Shown here in pieces: positions 46,987 through 60,225 of a stretch of DNA of 64,000 bases. Position 1 is the first letter of the stretch, and the number at the start of each line of letters is the position of its first letter. Below the pieces are notes generated by a model. That model was not told the origin of the DNA, made no database searches, and was given only the letters and a program-made list of their open reading frames with translations. Location of the stretch: positions 1,489,803 through 1,553,802 of the forward strand of contig ML996687.1 in NCBI GenBank assembly GCA_010356995.1, written 5' to 3'. A program made the position numbers and the translations under genes. The DNA is from Trichodelitschia bisporula (taxonomy: Eukaryota).

Positions 46987-47316
46987 ATGGACGCTGCTAA
47001 GCAACCCATCAAGCTCGTCAAGGTCACCCGTACGTCCTTCCATCTCCGCCCTACACGCGTATTCTTCCATCTGCGAACACGGCTAACCTGTTGCTAGGTG
47101 TCCTTGGCCGGACTGGCTCCCGCGGCGGTGTTACTCAGGTACGCGTTGAGTTCATGGATGATACCACCCGCGTAGGTTTCCTAATACCCTTCGAGTGCAG
47201 GAAGCAAAGCTAATCTTGCGGCCCAGTCCATCATTCGCAACGTGAAGGGTCCCGTCCGCGAGAACGACATCCTCTGCTTGCTCGAGTCTGAACGCGAGGC
47301 CCGCCGGCTGAGATAA
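46987..47316 (+). CDS. RPS28: 40S ribosomal protein eS28
   Basis: [68 protein letters not shown] after removing two introns (~47030-47097, ~47172-47226). Absent from the ORF track. Confidence 0.97.
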
Positions 47317-47881
47317 GGGGTGCGCAGATGGCAGACTAGGGGTGGCGCAGAGGTTTACTGGAGGGCGTGCATGTCCGGAGAGGCTTGTGATAGAGGCATT
47401 CGGGCTATCATGGATTTCTCTTTACGGAACCGGCGTGGGCGTGTACTCCGGCTCTAGCTAGCGGCCTGAGCTTTGTTACTTAAACCATATTCCAAATCCC
47501 CTGGTGCGCCATGCTTGTTCCCTCACTATCGGAAGTGAAGCGATTGCGACGTCAATCATAGGATATCGGGTCCGGTCAACAGATGTCGGTTCTGATCGAT
47601 TTGTGCCCGTTAAACCCTACAAATCGGCTACTGCTGGAGGTACTATCACAAAGACATGAGCTACGGCATCACGGTATTGTCAATCCACGGCACTTGGAAT
47701 AATGCGGCTATCACCTTCAGCCACCTAAATTCTCCATATCGCACAGGTACTAAAGGGAAATCTTTTGCGTCTCTATAGCACAAACCGGAATCACTCCATC
47801 TTGGCCGATCTGCAGAAATGCTTCTATACAACAAGTGGAGTGGCCTGGTCCCTTGACGCGTACACCGCCACGTAAATGCCT

Positions 47882-49129
47882 CTATTGCCGCGTGTTGGCC
47901 TTGAGTTCTGACAAGCGAGTGGCAATGTCCTTCTGGGCAATGGCAGGCGGGTTGTAGAAAAGCTTCCGCGTTTTGATCGGGGTCCACTTGTACCTGATGG
48001 CACTCGCAGTTAGCAAGTGAGAAAGTACAGAAGTGGAAAACAAACCTCTTGACCCAGACGCTGAGTGCGAACAGAACACCAGTCGCAGCTAGTACCTTCC
48101 AGCCCATCTTCTTGCGCTCATCAGCCTCAGGCTCGGCGGCCCAGTTCAGGAACTCTACGATATCCTTGGCCATCTGCGAGGTGGTAGCCGGAGTCTCGTC
48201 CTCGTACTCGACAAGGCCGTCGTAGAGAACACGAGCCATGGCGATGCCGGTACCGGGGAAGTACGGGTTGAAGTTGAGACCTTCCTGAACGTTGGCGCCA
48301 GCAGGGGGCTCCTCGGGGTAGCCAGTCAGCAGGCTGAAAATGTAGTCACAGCCACCGTGGCGGGCCTTGACAATCAAACTCAGGTCAGGCGGCAGGGCAC
48401 CGTTGTTGGCAGCGCGAGCAGCTTCGTCGTTCTTGTACGGCGACGGGAGGTAGTCGGAAAGCTTTCCGGGACGCTGCTCGATGTCCCCCTGATCATTAGG
48501 CTCGGTATCGTACTCGTTTTCTTCAGCAAGAGCCTTAGCTTCGTCCACAGTCATCAGAGTGCCGACGAGAGTCCGGTAGGGAATGCGGGACAGCGAGTGG
48601 CAAGAGGCGCACACCTCCCGGTAGACCTGGAAACCACGGCGAAGGCTGCTCCGTTAGCCATTGAGGCACCACATTAAGATATGGCAAACATACGCGGCAG
48701 CATCGTAGGTCTTGTAGAACTTGACATGTTCCCACGGGTACTTGGTAGGGTGCAGACTAGAGCCATTTAGCGACCATAATATCCGTTTTGGCGTATATTT
48801 CAACGCACCCTTCCTCAGCAGGCGTCATGGCATGGACGCTGTGGCCAAACATGTGGTAGTACCACGCGATTGAGCCTACGGCCAGCACCGTCGCGGCGCC
48901 TCCGGTCATGGCGTTTCTCCATACCGAGGAAGCCTCGGCCGTGCCGCTTGAGTTCGTGAAGGCGCGCTGCAAAGACAGGTAAGTCAGTTGTGCGATTCGA
49001 CGCAATGGCTGTTCAGGCCAAAGGGGTGGTGTAGCCGAAGCTTCGACATACCGTCGCTGGGCGGTTCAAGGACTGACGGGCAACGGCGCCGACCGACGAC
49101 GCCTGTCGCACGCACGATCTGGCAAGCAT
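47882..49129 (-). CDS. CYT1: Cytochrome c1, mitochondrial
   Basis: Bipartite presequence, [18 protein letters not shown], heme motif [20 protein letters not shown]-terminal TM. Four introns. Confidence 0.97.
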
Positions 49130-49531
49130 TGTGATCCAGACGAGATTCACAAGCTCACTAACCCACTGGGGGGATCTGAGAGGTCAATTGCTGGTGGTAG
49201 AGGTGGGGAGTCGTGTGGTGGTGAAGCGGATTGCAGATGAGGTTGTCGACCTGGATTGGCTTGGCTCAATTGAACCGCCGTTGATTGGCTCGGCAGGTCT
49301 CGCGAAGAAAAAGTTTCGGCTTTCCGCAGCTCTACCTACTCTCGCCCGGCAACGCTGTCACCCTTTTTCCGTAGCGTCAGTAGCTGGCAGCGTCCAGAAA
49401 GCAGCACTTCCCGTTATCAATCAATCAAAAGCACCCCAATTCCAATCTCTGAATTCAAGTTCAAATTGCTTCTCCTGCGCTCCGTACTCTGTTCCTCAAT
49501 TATGTTACATCTCAACCACAACATGCCGTTC

Positions 49532-50630
49532 TCAATCTTCTGCACATTCTTTCAGCAACTGTGTGTGTGCTTCCGTTGCCCATTTCGCAAACTCATCAAG
49601 CTCATACTGCCTTCCCTTTCCGTCTGCGCCGGCATCGAACACCTCGTACGAGAACCATGAGCGAAAGCCTGTTCTCAGCACTGCTTTGGTAACTTCGATA
49701 ACCGGCAGATAACCGTCGTGAAACGGCAACGGCCTAAAATCGTGACTCCAGCGACCACGCGGCCTCAAGCCGCTGTCGTCGGTCTCTTTGCTCAAGGGCT
49801 GCTTCGGTTTGTATGCATCTGAGATCTGAAGCAAATATATTCTGTCCTTTGGCACCGTTTTGCTCAGGTCCTCCAAGCTCGTTTGGAACCGCTGGTTTAA
49901 CTCGACCTCGGACAGCGAATCTATCAATCCTGATTCAGTTGTGGGGTCGGCCCATTCAGACCCCGCTGTTTGGAAGGTGTCGAGGCAGAGGCCAAAGTTA
50001 GGTCGGTCGACTTGGCGCATAATATCCCAAGCATCCCTCCACTTCGGTGCATGCGTGGACCAGCACCAGTTCTCGTAGGCTAGGCGAAAGGTGTGCTCAA
50101 GGAGCATATCGGCTAACTGCTGTAAATCGGTGACCATTCGCTGACGATCGGTGCCAATTTGATCCTCCGGACTATCTGACGAGCCAACCTGTCACAATGT
50201 GAGGCAAGTATGTTCGAAACGTGCAGTTGCCTACCTGAAGCATGTCTGTGCCGGCAGCCTCCATGATTCTAATCCATCCCCTTGCTCTATCAAAGGCATC
50301 TTTCCTCTCATCTGAACCGTGCTGCCAGCCTTCGAAGTTGGAGAATGGCTGAAGCATCAGTATTTCAAGCCCTTGTGTATCGCATATGCCTCGAATCACC
50401 CGGGCGGCCTCGACCAAAGAATCATAGTGATCTGATGCTACCGGCTGGTGGAAGTATGTTGAGGCAAAGGAGACGATGTCCGGCATTGACAGCTCTATGG
50501 CGGAGAAGCCGGCTGCGGATATGGCCTGGAGCTTCTTTGGCAGTGTGTGGTCATCTCTGCAACCGATTGAGCAAGATGCGAAGGCAGTGGGAATCTTAGA
50601 CAACGAAGAGGACTTTAGTGCCATTGTCAT
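49532..50630 (-). CDS. AP-endonuclease-2/xylose-isomerase-like TIM barrel, 3-dehydroshikimate dehydratase-like
   Basis: Intron 50189-50234. Motifs AGFSAIEL, LQPFSNFEGW, LAYENWCW, VDRPNFGLCLDTFQ, LLQISDA, WFSYEVF match the QutC/Qa-4-like fold family. Substrate is inferred. Confidence 0.75.
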
Positions 50631-51528
50631 ATGGTCTAAGATGAACTGCAGCCGGCTCCGAACTTTCTTGTCTTTAAGAAAGACACTGTCATACTACTGT
50701 GACGTCGATGGAACGTAACTCAGCGGTGATCTTCGCTTTAGGAATGAAGCGCTTCTTATTCGTCGAACCTCGGTCTCAGCGACAGGGACACGAGGGTTTA
50801 GCGACCACGGCGACCAACGGCCCAGGGCTATGCGAAATTATCCTGTCACCCCTCTGAGAAAGTCGTGACCGTCTCTTGCCGACATCTTTGATGAGTAAAA
50901 GGCAGAGACTATCCGGGAAGTGACACCAATTTTCTTTTTTCATAGCCCCAGGGCCCTGTTGAGCTCGTCTCTTCAAGCCGCGCCTGTCCGATTTCGTGAC
51001 TGGAAGCAAGCAGCCTCGGCTCGATGCCATTGAATGCTTTGTTAGAGTTACATCACCGAGGGCGCCAAATGGTGCGACTCGTGCTGCGGGCGGCGCTTCT
51101 TCAGTTTGAGAGGGATGCAGTATCGCAGTAGTTACAAGCAGCTTTTCTTCGGTTTTACACAGTACCGCCTGCATGCATAGGCGCGTGGGGGAATATCAAT
51201 GAACCGGGGAGAGCTTATCAATCTTCGGGCAAAGTAAACGGCAAGGCCTGCGCTGGTGCTCGACCCGCCAGGCTTCCGAATACTTGGGGAGGCCCGTTGA
51301 AGGGCGAATGGACAGCGATCTCTTAGTATGATGGAGGCTTATAGGATGGATATGCCGAATGTCCACAAGAGATCCGAAGCATTTTTCTCTCGTTCCGAAA
51401 TCGGTAGGGCACAGCAGAGTTTTGCCCTCACCGCTTGTCGCCGAGTGGCTGTGGTGCATGTCATCTATCAATCCGCCAAACAAAAAAAATAAACCCGAAG
51501 ATGGGAGAGAGCCTCGACCTGGCCACTA

Positions 51529-51535
51529 GAGTCAT
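51529..51535. promoter_or_regulatory. Possible Gcn4/CpcA site upstream of the DAHP synthase
   Basis: GAGTCAT (reverse complement ATGACTC) about 275 nt upstream of the ATG. Confidence 0.4.
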
Positions 51536-51798
51536 CGCCAGCTAACCCGTGCCATGATGCCACCCTCCGTTAGCTTCCACTGTCAACAATTATCTCTGTC
51601 CCTCATGGGAGTCCCCTTCATGTGACTTTGAAGTGCCAAAATGTTGCTATAAACACCTGTTCCCTCGGACCTCCGACCTCGCTGTGACGCAAGACTTTCG
51701 ACCATCGCTATTTCCTCCCCCTCCCGCACAAACTCCCCCCTTCCTCCTTCCAATAAACGAAGTCTTGTTCACCATAACTTCTCTCAACCGCAACATAA

Positions 51799-52991
<1,193 letters not shown>

Positions 52992-53858
52992 GCCGAGTGC
53001 TTGCCTGATACCACGCCCAAGGGTGGTGCTAATCATCTTGGAGCATCTCCCTGGCATTTTCGGCAAAGTGAGCGACAGCCAACTTCTGTACCAGTCCCTG
53101 GCTTTTGGTAGTGAGTATTGTGGAATTTTCAACTCATGCTCGCTTGAAATAGCCCGGTCGCCGGATTTTGGGCGGTGGTAGATGTCCTCTGCGTCATTCG
53201 GCTGTTCCGCAATTCGGGTACATCAGGCACTACCTCAAAATCAGCATTATTTCGGCGTTCATGTTACAGTCTCCTGGATGGTCATGACAAGGTCTCTAAA
53301 AGCTCTGGAGGTGGGGATGTATATTCACTCAACGAAAAGTTTGTCGTTTCTCTACCTAAAGTAATGAGATACCCGAGCACCCCATTGTTGACTCACATCC
53401 TCCAATGTCTGCTTTGTTTGAGGAAAGCAAGATTGCGTATTTGATGAGACGGAAGTCCTGACCAGAGCCATCCAACGTGTTTTTCTGTCATCCATCAGAT
53501 CGTAATTGGTCATAGTCTGATAGGCCAAAGGACCGAAAAGCATCTTCAGGACGTGAACGACTAATCGACACCAAACAGCATCTGAAGCTGCCCACGGCAT
53601 ACATTTTGCTCTAATGTAAACGTTGTTCGATAAGGTATTGAAAATGTAGCTTGTGGCTCGGCTCCTCGGCTTCCGGAACCGAACGAGTGTTCGTGCCCGA
53701 ACGAGGCGCCTTCAAGTACACTCTCGTCCACGCCGGCCATCTTCGGCTCCAATATATGTCTGTCCTAACAGATCACTACATACCGAGCTAAATCACAGCG
53801 TTGCTAGCGACCAGGAAGTCAACACCTTTCTAAGCCCAAGCAGGATCCGGTTGCATCA

Positions 53859-54219
53859 ATGGCAAGGCTATCAGGCTTGCAGCGCGAAGTCCTTGGCCTT
53901 TACCGGAGAGCTCTGAGAGCGGCGAGGAGAAAGCCTGAGGTTAGTAGATAGATAGCATGCACCAGATATGCACTCGTGCAGTTATATAATGCTGAAATGG
54001 AAGCAGGAAACACGCGAACACTTCAAGACCTTTGCGAGGTGCATGCCGTATTGCTCGCTTCACATCACGTCACTCTGACCGCACGATAGGCGCGAATTCC
54101 GGCAACACGCCTCCATGGACAAGAAAGACTTTTCAGCGGTTGAATTCCTACTCCGGAAGGGGCATCGCCAACTCGAGATTTACGAGTCGCCCGGTGTTCG
54201 CGACGTGAATATCACGTGA
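53859..54219 (+). CDS. SDH6: LYR-motif succinate dehydrogenase assembly factor 1
   Basis: Three exons give MARLSGLQREVLGLYRRALRAARRKPEETREHFKTFARREFRQHASMDKKDFSAVEFLLRKGHRQLEIYESPGVRDVNIT. Introns ~53940-54006 and ~54039-54089. Absent from the ORF track. Confidence 0.9.
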
Positions 54220-54235
54220 TCACAATATCTGGCAT

Positions 54236-54250
54236 GTTCTCGAAATTTCT
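54236..54250. promoter_or_regulatory. Heat-shock element upstream of the small HSP
   Basis: gTTCtcGAAatTTCt is three perfect alternating nGAAn units. Further TTCnnGAA pairs at ~54351 and ~54489. Confidence 0.75.
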
Positions 54251-54683
54251 ACTTTGGGCCTTGAGTGGTGTGAGCTGAGAGGAAGCGCCGGAACGGGTCT
54301 CCAATTGTCTAGATGCTTCGCGATCGTCAATAACGGACGACTGTCCACGTTTCTGGAAACTGCTACGTTGTTAATCTCAGAGTGGGCAATTTCTCGATCA
54401 TTCGAGTTGTACGCATATGCATTTCGTCAGTTGTCACCTTCCGTGGTTCCATGATGAGAATGGGAAGCTGCCTCCAACCTCCAGCAGCTTCCAGAATGCC
54501 TGCCTCACGCCTATATTAGCCTCTTCTTCGACTCCCAAAGTTCGCTCATCAGAACACAAGCAAAACAGTCATTGTATCCAAGCTCTACGATCAAGCGCAC
54601 TACGATCAGCAACTCGACTTCCAACACGATTTTACCGCATCTCCAAACCTAAACATAATTCACTCTCCACTCACACTCCAAAA

Positions 54684-55268
54684 ATGTCGTTCTTCCCGCG
54701 CTTTCACCAAGAGCTCTCCCCTCTCTTCCGCCTTATGGAGGACTACGATCGCACCACTCGCGAGGGTGGTCAACACACCGCGGGCTCTATCCGCAGCTTC
54801 CAGCCCAAGTTCGACATCAAGGAGCTGAAGGACCGCTACGAACTCCAAGGCGAGCTTCCTGGTATCGAGCAAAAGGACATCAACATCGAATGGATGGACG
54901 GCAACAGCCTGACCATCAGCGGGCACGTCGAGTCCCACTACGAGAAGCGCAGCCAGCCCAAGGGCTTCATCGAGGGCGAGCAGCATAATGGCAAGGACTA
55001 CCACCAGCCAACGGTAGAGGACGAGTCCACCGCCAAGAAGGAGGAAACCGCCGTGACGAAGACGGGTAGCAAGGAGGTTCAGAAGCCTCAGCAGGAGGAG
55101 GGCAAGTGGTGGCTTGTCGAGCGCCACGTTGGCGAATTCCATCGCACCTTCAGCTTCCCGACGCGTGTTGAGCATGATGCCGTCAAGGCTAGCCTGAAGA
55201 ACGGCATCCTCTCCATCATCGTGCCTAAGGCTAAGGCTCCTCAGTCACGCAAGGTCGCCATCGAGTAG
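54684..55268 (+). CDS. Small heat-shock protein (HSP20/alpha-crystallin, fungal Hsp30-type)
   Basis: FQPKFDIKE, ELPGIEQKDINIE, ERHVGEFHRTFSFP, ASLKNGILSIIVPK, C-terminal VxI. Confidence 0.93.
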   Translation: MSFFPRFHQELSPLFRLMEDYDRTTREGGQHTAGSIRSFQPKFDIKELKDRYELQGELPGIEQKDINIEWMDGNSLTISGHVESHYEKRSQPKGFIEGEQHNGKDYHQPTVEDESTAKKEETAVTKTGSKEVQKPQQEEGKWWLVERHVGEFHRTFSFPTRVEHDAVKASLKNGILSIIVPKAKAPQSRKVAIE

Positions 55269-55608
55269 ACGAACCTCCGCAAAGACACCGAGTTTCGCCT
55301 TCATGGGTGCTCTTCTGACTTCAGTCATTCTTTCTCTGCATGATGTCGACCACAGCAGCATTAGTATGGAGTTTTCGACTTGGGATTGGCGCAGGTATTG
55401 GAGGACAGGAAGGGGCAGTTTGATGTACTTAGCTCGTTAGCTCGCTCCCAATTGTAATCACTGCCTTTTTGAATTCTTCACATGGTTGATTCTCATTCAA
55501 CTTATCATACACCAACATGAATGTCAAAACAATTAATACCCTCTTACTGTGACCCGAAAACGCCAGAACATTTGATATTCCTGTGGACACCATGTGACGC
55601 GTGGAACT

Positions 55609-56279
55609 TCACATGTTCTCTCGGCCAGTGTTGGCAATCTTCTTCAACTCCCACTCCTTGGTAAACTCGCGGCTGAGGATGTCTAAATCATGCACAATAT
55701 CGCGGCATGCTGTGAGAACCGCTTCTTTAGGTGCAATGCTCCCGTCCGTGCTCACCCGCAGAATGAACTGGGGGATGAGGGGGTGGGGGACATGGTATGC
55801 GCAGAAAGTGATGAAGGGATACTTGAGGAGCCGGCTCGAAATGAGATTGCCGAGTGTGTGGTCCTCCTTATTAAATGTGAACAGGGCCGTGTTCGGGACA
55901 CCTTGTACGAAATCAGTTCCCTGAATGGTGCTGGACATGACGAGACTTACGCGTATCCAACTCCCATGTCACCTTCTTCTCACCGTCGCTCAGGAGGAAG
56001 AGTTCGAATCTGGAAATCGCGCAACTGTCAACATATGCGGGAAACTGCTGAATGCAGTAATCAAACGCAGAGTTCGAAAAGCAGCATACGCCTCCACTTT
56101 CAACAACCCCAACCTCGCATTCCCGAAGTAGTCCATTTTAAGCACTTTTGTGTAGAACAGCCAGATAAGAAGGCTAACAAGAAAAGTTCAAAGAGGAGTG
56201 GCAAGGGCATCCGTTAACCTTGCGGTATGAAACTACTACATCAGTAAAAGAAATGGACGAACCTGTCGGGGGCATTCAT
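55609..56279 (-). CDS. RPB11: RNA polymerase II subunit Rpb11
   Basis: Exons 56279-56263, 56009-55951, 55901-55609 give MNAPDRFELFLL...FNKEDHTLGNL...YHVPHPL. Confidence 0.95.
56025..56240 (-). ncRNA. Candidate intronic H/ACA-like RNA in RPB11 intron 1
   Basis: Two hairpins (AAGGUUAAC/GUUAGCCUU; GAAUGCG/UGCAUUC) separated by an ANANNA box and followed by AUA/ACA. No rRNA target identified. Confidence 0.35.
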
Positions 56280-56754
56280 GGTTTAAATCACTTTGGGTGC
56301 CGGTGCCTCTCGGCTTCCTCAAAAATTGTAATGGCGGGTAAGGGCGAGCAGTCGACCGACTAGGAACAAGTTACGGGCAGTAGGGCTGTTAGGTATGGTT
56401 GCTCCCCTTATTGAAAACGACGTGGCGGAGATAGCGGGAAAGATCAAAACGGAAGACAGGAAGGAGAGAGCGGTGATGGTACGCAGTTGAACATACGGCA
56501 GGCGACGATGTCGTTGAGAGGATTGGAGGTCCGGATCCGCAGTGGCGGTGGCTGCAACCGTTAGCCAGCCACCCCCGCCACCCTAGAGCTACCCGTGCTA
56601 CCGTACCGCACATATTGACGTACTTTGTCCTTTATACCCCCCCGCTGAGCACCCGGCATGGATCTTTTGACGTAAGCATATATAGCCGACGTGTTCAATA
56701 CCGTCAGCAAAACAGTCACACCTTAACCTCAAATCTCTTCATCCTGAGTTGCAT

Positions 56755-57889
56755 ATGGGTAGTCGCAAGCAAGCAATGGCCACAAACCTCCTCGAAGATT
56801 ACCCATGGGTACAGACGCCTCTCATCGTCGGCGCGCCGATGCGCCTCATATCCTTGGCTTCTCTTGCAGTTGAGATATCTAAAGCCGGTGCGATTTCTTA
56901 GCAGTCAAGTGAGCCTCGTCGGTACTGATTGGGATACCGTTCTAGGTGGACTAGGCTTTTTGGCGTCCGCTGAAGACCAACGTAACCTCCAAGCGCACCT
57001 CGAAGAAGCACTGAAGCTCCTCCAAGGCACGTCTCTTTCTACTGCCAACAACACGCTTCCCATAGGCATCGGCTTCCTCAACTGGGGAGCAGACCTCTCT
57101 ATCGCCTTGCCTTTGATCCAGCGCTATCGTCCCGCGGCTATCTGGCTCTTCGGCCCGAGGACAGTAGAGGACTTGACACAATGGACGCGAAAGGCAAGAG
57201 AGGCGACTGGACGAGCCACGAAGGTTTGGGTCCAGATTGGTAGTGTTGTGGAGGCCCTGAAAGTTTGCAAAGCGTGCGAACCGGATGTGCTAGTGGTGCA
57301 GGGTGCCGATGCCGGTGGGCACGGACTAGCCCAATCAGCCAGCATTGTGCCCGGTGTTCCAGAAGTCGACGATGCGCTTTCTGCTGCGCGGAATGAGGGA
57401 TCTTTGGCTGCTGTACCACTTATCATTGCGGCGGGTGGAATCGCCGACGGACGTGGCGTTGCGGCCGCGATGGCTCTGGGGGCTCAAGGTGCAGTCCTCG
57501 GAACAAGATATCTCGCAGCGGAGGAAGCTGTTATTGCCAAAGGCTATCGACAGGAGGTCATACGAGTGAGCGACGGCGGACAAACGACTTTAAGGACATC
57601 TCTGTACGATCGTCTTCGTGGCACCACCTCATGGCCACCGCAATACAACGCTCGTGGCATTCTCAACATGAGCTATTGGGACGGCGTAGGCGGTATGGCG
57701 TTCGAGGAGAATGAAAGGCTGTATCGCGAAGCCATGAACGCTGGTGATGACGGGTGGGGCCCAGAAGGTAGGATGACGACTTATGTCGGAGCGAATGTGG
57801 GCCTAGTGACTAAGGTCCAGTCTGCGAAAGAAATAACGGAGGAGGTAAGGCAGCAAGCGAAAGACGTAATTCGGCGTCTTTATGCCTGA
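56755..57889 (+). CDS. Nitronate monooxygenase (2-nitropropane dioxygenase) family flavoprotein
   Basis: PLIVGAPM, intron 56888-56945, GGLGFL, VVQGADAGGHG, IAAGGIADGRG, LGAQGAVLGTRYLA. Confidence 0.9.
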
Positions 57890-58397
57890 AGATGTGGCGG
57901 TTAAATGTTCGTTCGTTGCGGTCTGGATAGAATTCAATCTCTCCGCTCTGTTGCTGAAACTCTTCGCTCCACTTTTCGGCGCCTGATGAAGTCCTATTAC
58001 GATATGTGATGGAGGGGAATCTGAACTTGAGTGAAAGCTTTTACAGCTCATGAGTTGCCCTTAAGCGAACCTTTTCATATTCTCGGTCTTTGAATGAGTG
58101 ATTGAAGTCAAAGTGTATCACTACAGGAGCGCTACCGATGCCGGATCGGGTTTGACCATGAGGTGTGCAGCATGTGCAGCATACACGTGAAAGCGGCAGG
58201 GGTTCGGGAGCGGTAGTGCAAGAGCCCCACCATCAACGTCATGCCCCGTCAATGCGTTCGCCCTGTCCCGCTTATCCAAGCACTTAACTTCTTCCCACCC
58301 TGCAGTTTTAACAGCAAGCACTCCGCCAAGTTCCATTCCATCACGAAGGAATGCGCCCCAATCTTCATACCAACCATTGGTAACGAACCACTTTTCA

Positions 58398-59946
58398 ATG
58401 TCGACAACCTGGGAACCCCTTCATCCGGGCGCACCGGATGCACTCTCGCGTCTGCCCAAGTCGTACGCAGACGCTGTCGAAGATGGCCTGGAGGACTCGG
58501 AAGATAGGCCAAATGGCTTGCATCCCGGAGAAGGGAGAGGCACTGCGGCGACAACTCCAGGGGAATACACAGGTTCGGGTGAAGGATTATACGAAGCTCC
58601 ACGGAGCCCAGTTCGGCATGGACACAAAAAGCCCGGTTCCCGAGGCGGTGGTAAGCCCAATGGTGAGCCAAAAGCACAACCTACGGGCATCAATGGCTCT
58701 TCGGTGTATGAAAAGTATGATGATGGAAACGGAACACGCCTCGCGAGCGTACAACCTCCCGAGGATCTCCAGGCGAACTTAAGGGGCGACGAAAAGAAGG
58801 GGAAGCCCGACACATCCGCAAAGGGAGAGATGGAGCTTGTAAGCGGGCGGCGTGCTGCCGCTGGCTGGGAGCGCAGCGGGTAAGGTTCCATGATGCAGCT
58901 TCTATCTCGTCCGCTTACCTCTGATGAACAGCATTCGCTGGGCGCCTCTCAACGTCCCTCTCAAGCGTCGTCTCCAGACTTTGATGGTTCTTCTCCACAC
59001 TTTATCCGTCGCTCTCACCGTAACATCTTTCTTTTTCCTCTGCGCTATCCCGTTACTCTGGCCCCTCCTCCTTCCGTACCTCGTCTATATCCTCCTTTCA
59101 AACGCCGGTTCCTCCGGCGAACTCTCCCATCGTTCAGATCGCTTTCGGGGACACAAGATCTGGTCCCTCTTCGCCTCATACTTTCCAGTACGTCTGCATC
59201 GCACGACAACCCTTACTTCGACAAGGAAATACATATTCGGATATCACCCACACGGAATCATAAGCCATGGCGCCTTTGCCGCCTTCGCAACCGAAGCCCT
59301 CGGCTTCTCACAGCTCTTTCCCGGTATCCAGAACACGCTTCTTACTCTGGATTCGAACTTCCGGGTGCCCTTATACAGAGACTACATACTGCGCATGGGC
59401 CTTGCCAGCGTTTCTCGCGAGTCTTGCGAAAATCTCCTGTCCAAAGGTGGCATCAACGGCGAGGGGATGGGTCGCGCAATCACTATCGTTGTAGGCGGGG
59501 CGCGCGAGTCGCTCGAAACACAGCCTGGAACGATGAAGCTAATCATCAACTGCCGCAAAGGATTTGTCAAGTTGGCGATCCGCACGGGTGCCGATTTGGT
59601 TCCTGTCTTGGGGTTCGGTGAAAATGACATCTACGAGCAAATATCCCCCGCGGAGCACCCCCGCCTCCATCGATTCCAGCTATTCATCAAGCGAGTTATG
59701 GGATTTACGGTTCCAATGTTTCACGCCAGAGGCGTGTTCAATTACGACGTGGGCATCATGCCATATCGGCGGCCCATGAATGTGGTTGTTGGACGGCCAG
59801 TTAAGGTGAAAATGCAGGACAAGCCGGACGACAAGTATCTGGATGAAATCCACAGCCAATACGTAAAGGAGTTGCGATTTATTTGGGATACATGGAAGGA
59901 CGAGTTTGCGAAGGAGAGGATCGGGGAACTGGAAATCGTGGAGTGA
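58398..59946 (+). CDS. DGA1: Diacylglycerol O-acyltransferase (DGAT2 family)
   Basis: Intron 58880-58931. WAPLNVPLKRRLQT, YFP, FGYHPHG, GGARE, RKGFVKLA, FGEND. Confidence 0.95.
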
Positions 59947-60225
59947 GATTTGGCTCAGTGGAACATTCGTGTTTGGATTTCATGTACGATTGAAGTTTGG
60001 TAGTGGATGGGTGCTCTGCTAAATACCAGCTGGCGGCAGTGGCTTTTGGTATTTCAACTGACAATGAACCGTATGCAATGATCACCGAACATCAAGAAGC
60101 AAAATGTAAGTATTGTGCACAGGCAAATGTGCCCTCCTTTTGGAAGCTATAATCTACATAGTCATCACCAGACAAAAATGGTTATCCCAGGAACCCTAAC
60201 CCCCCAACACCCTCAATGTCTACGC

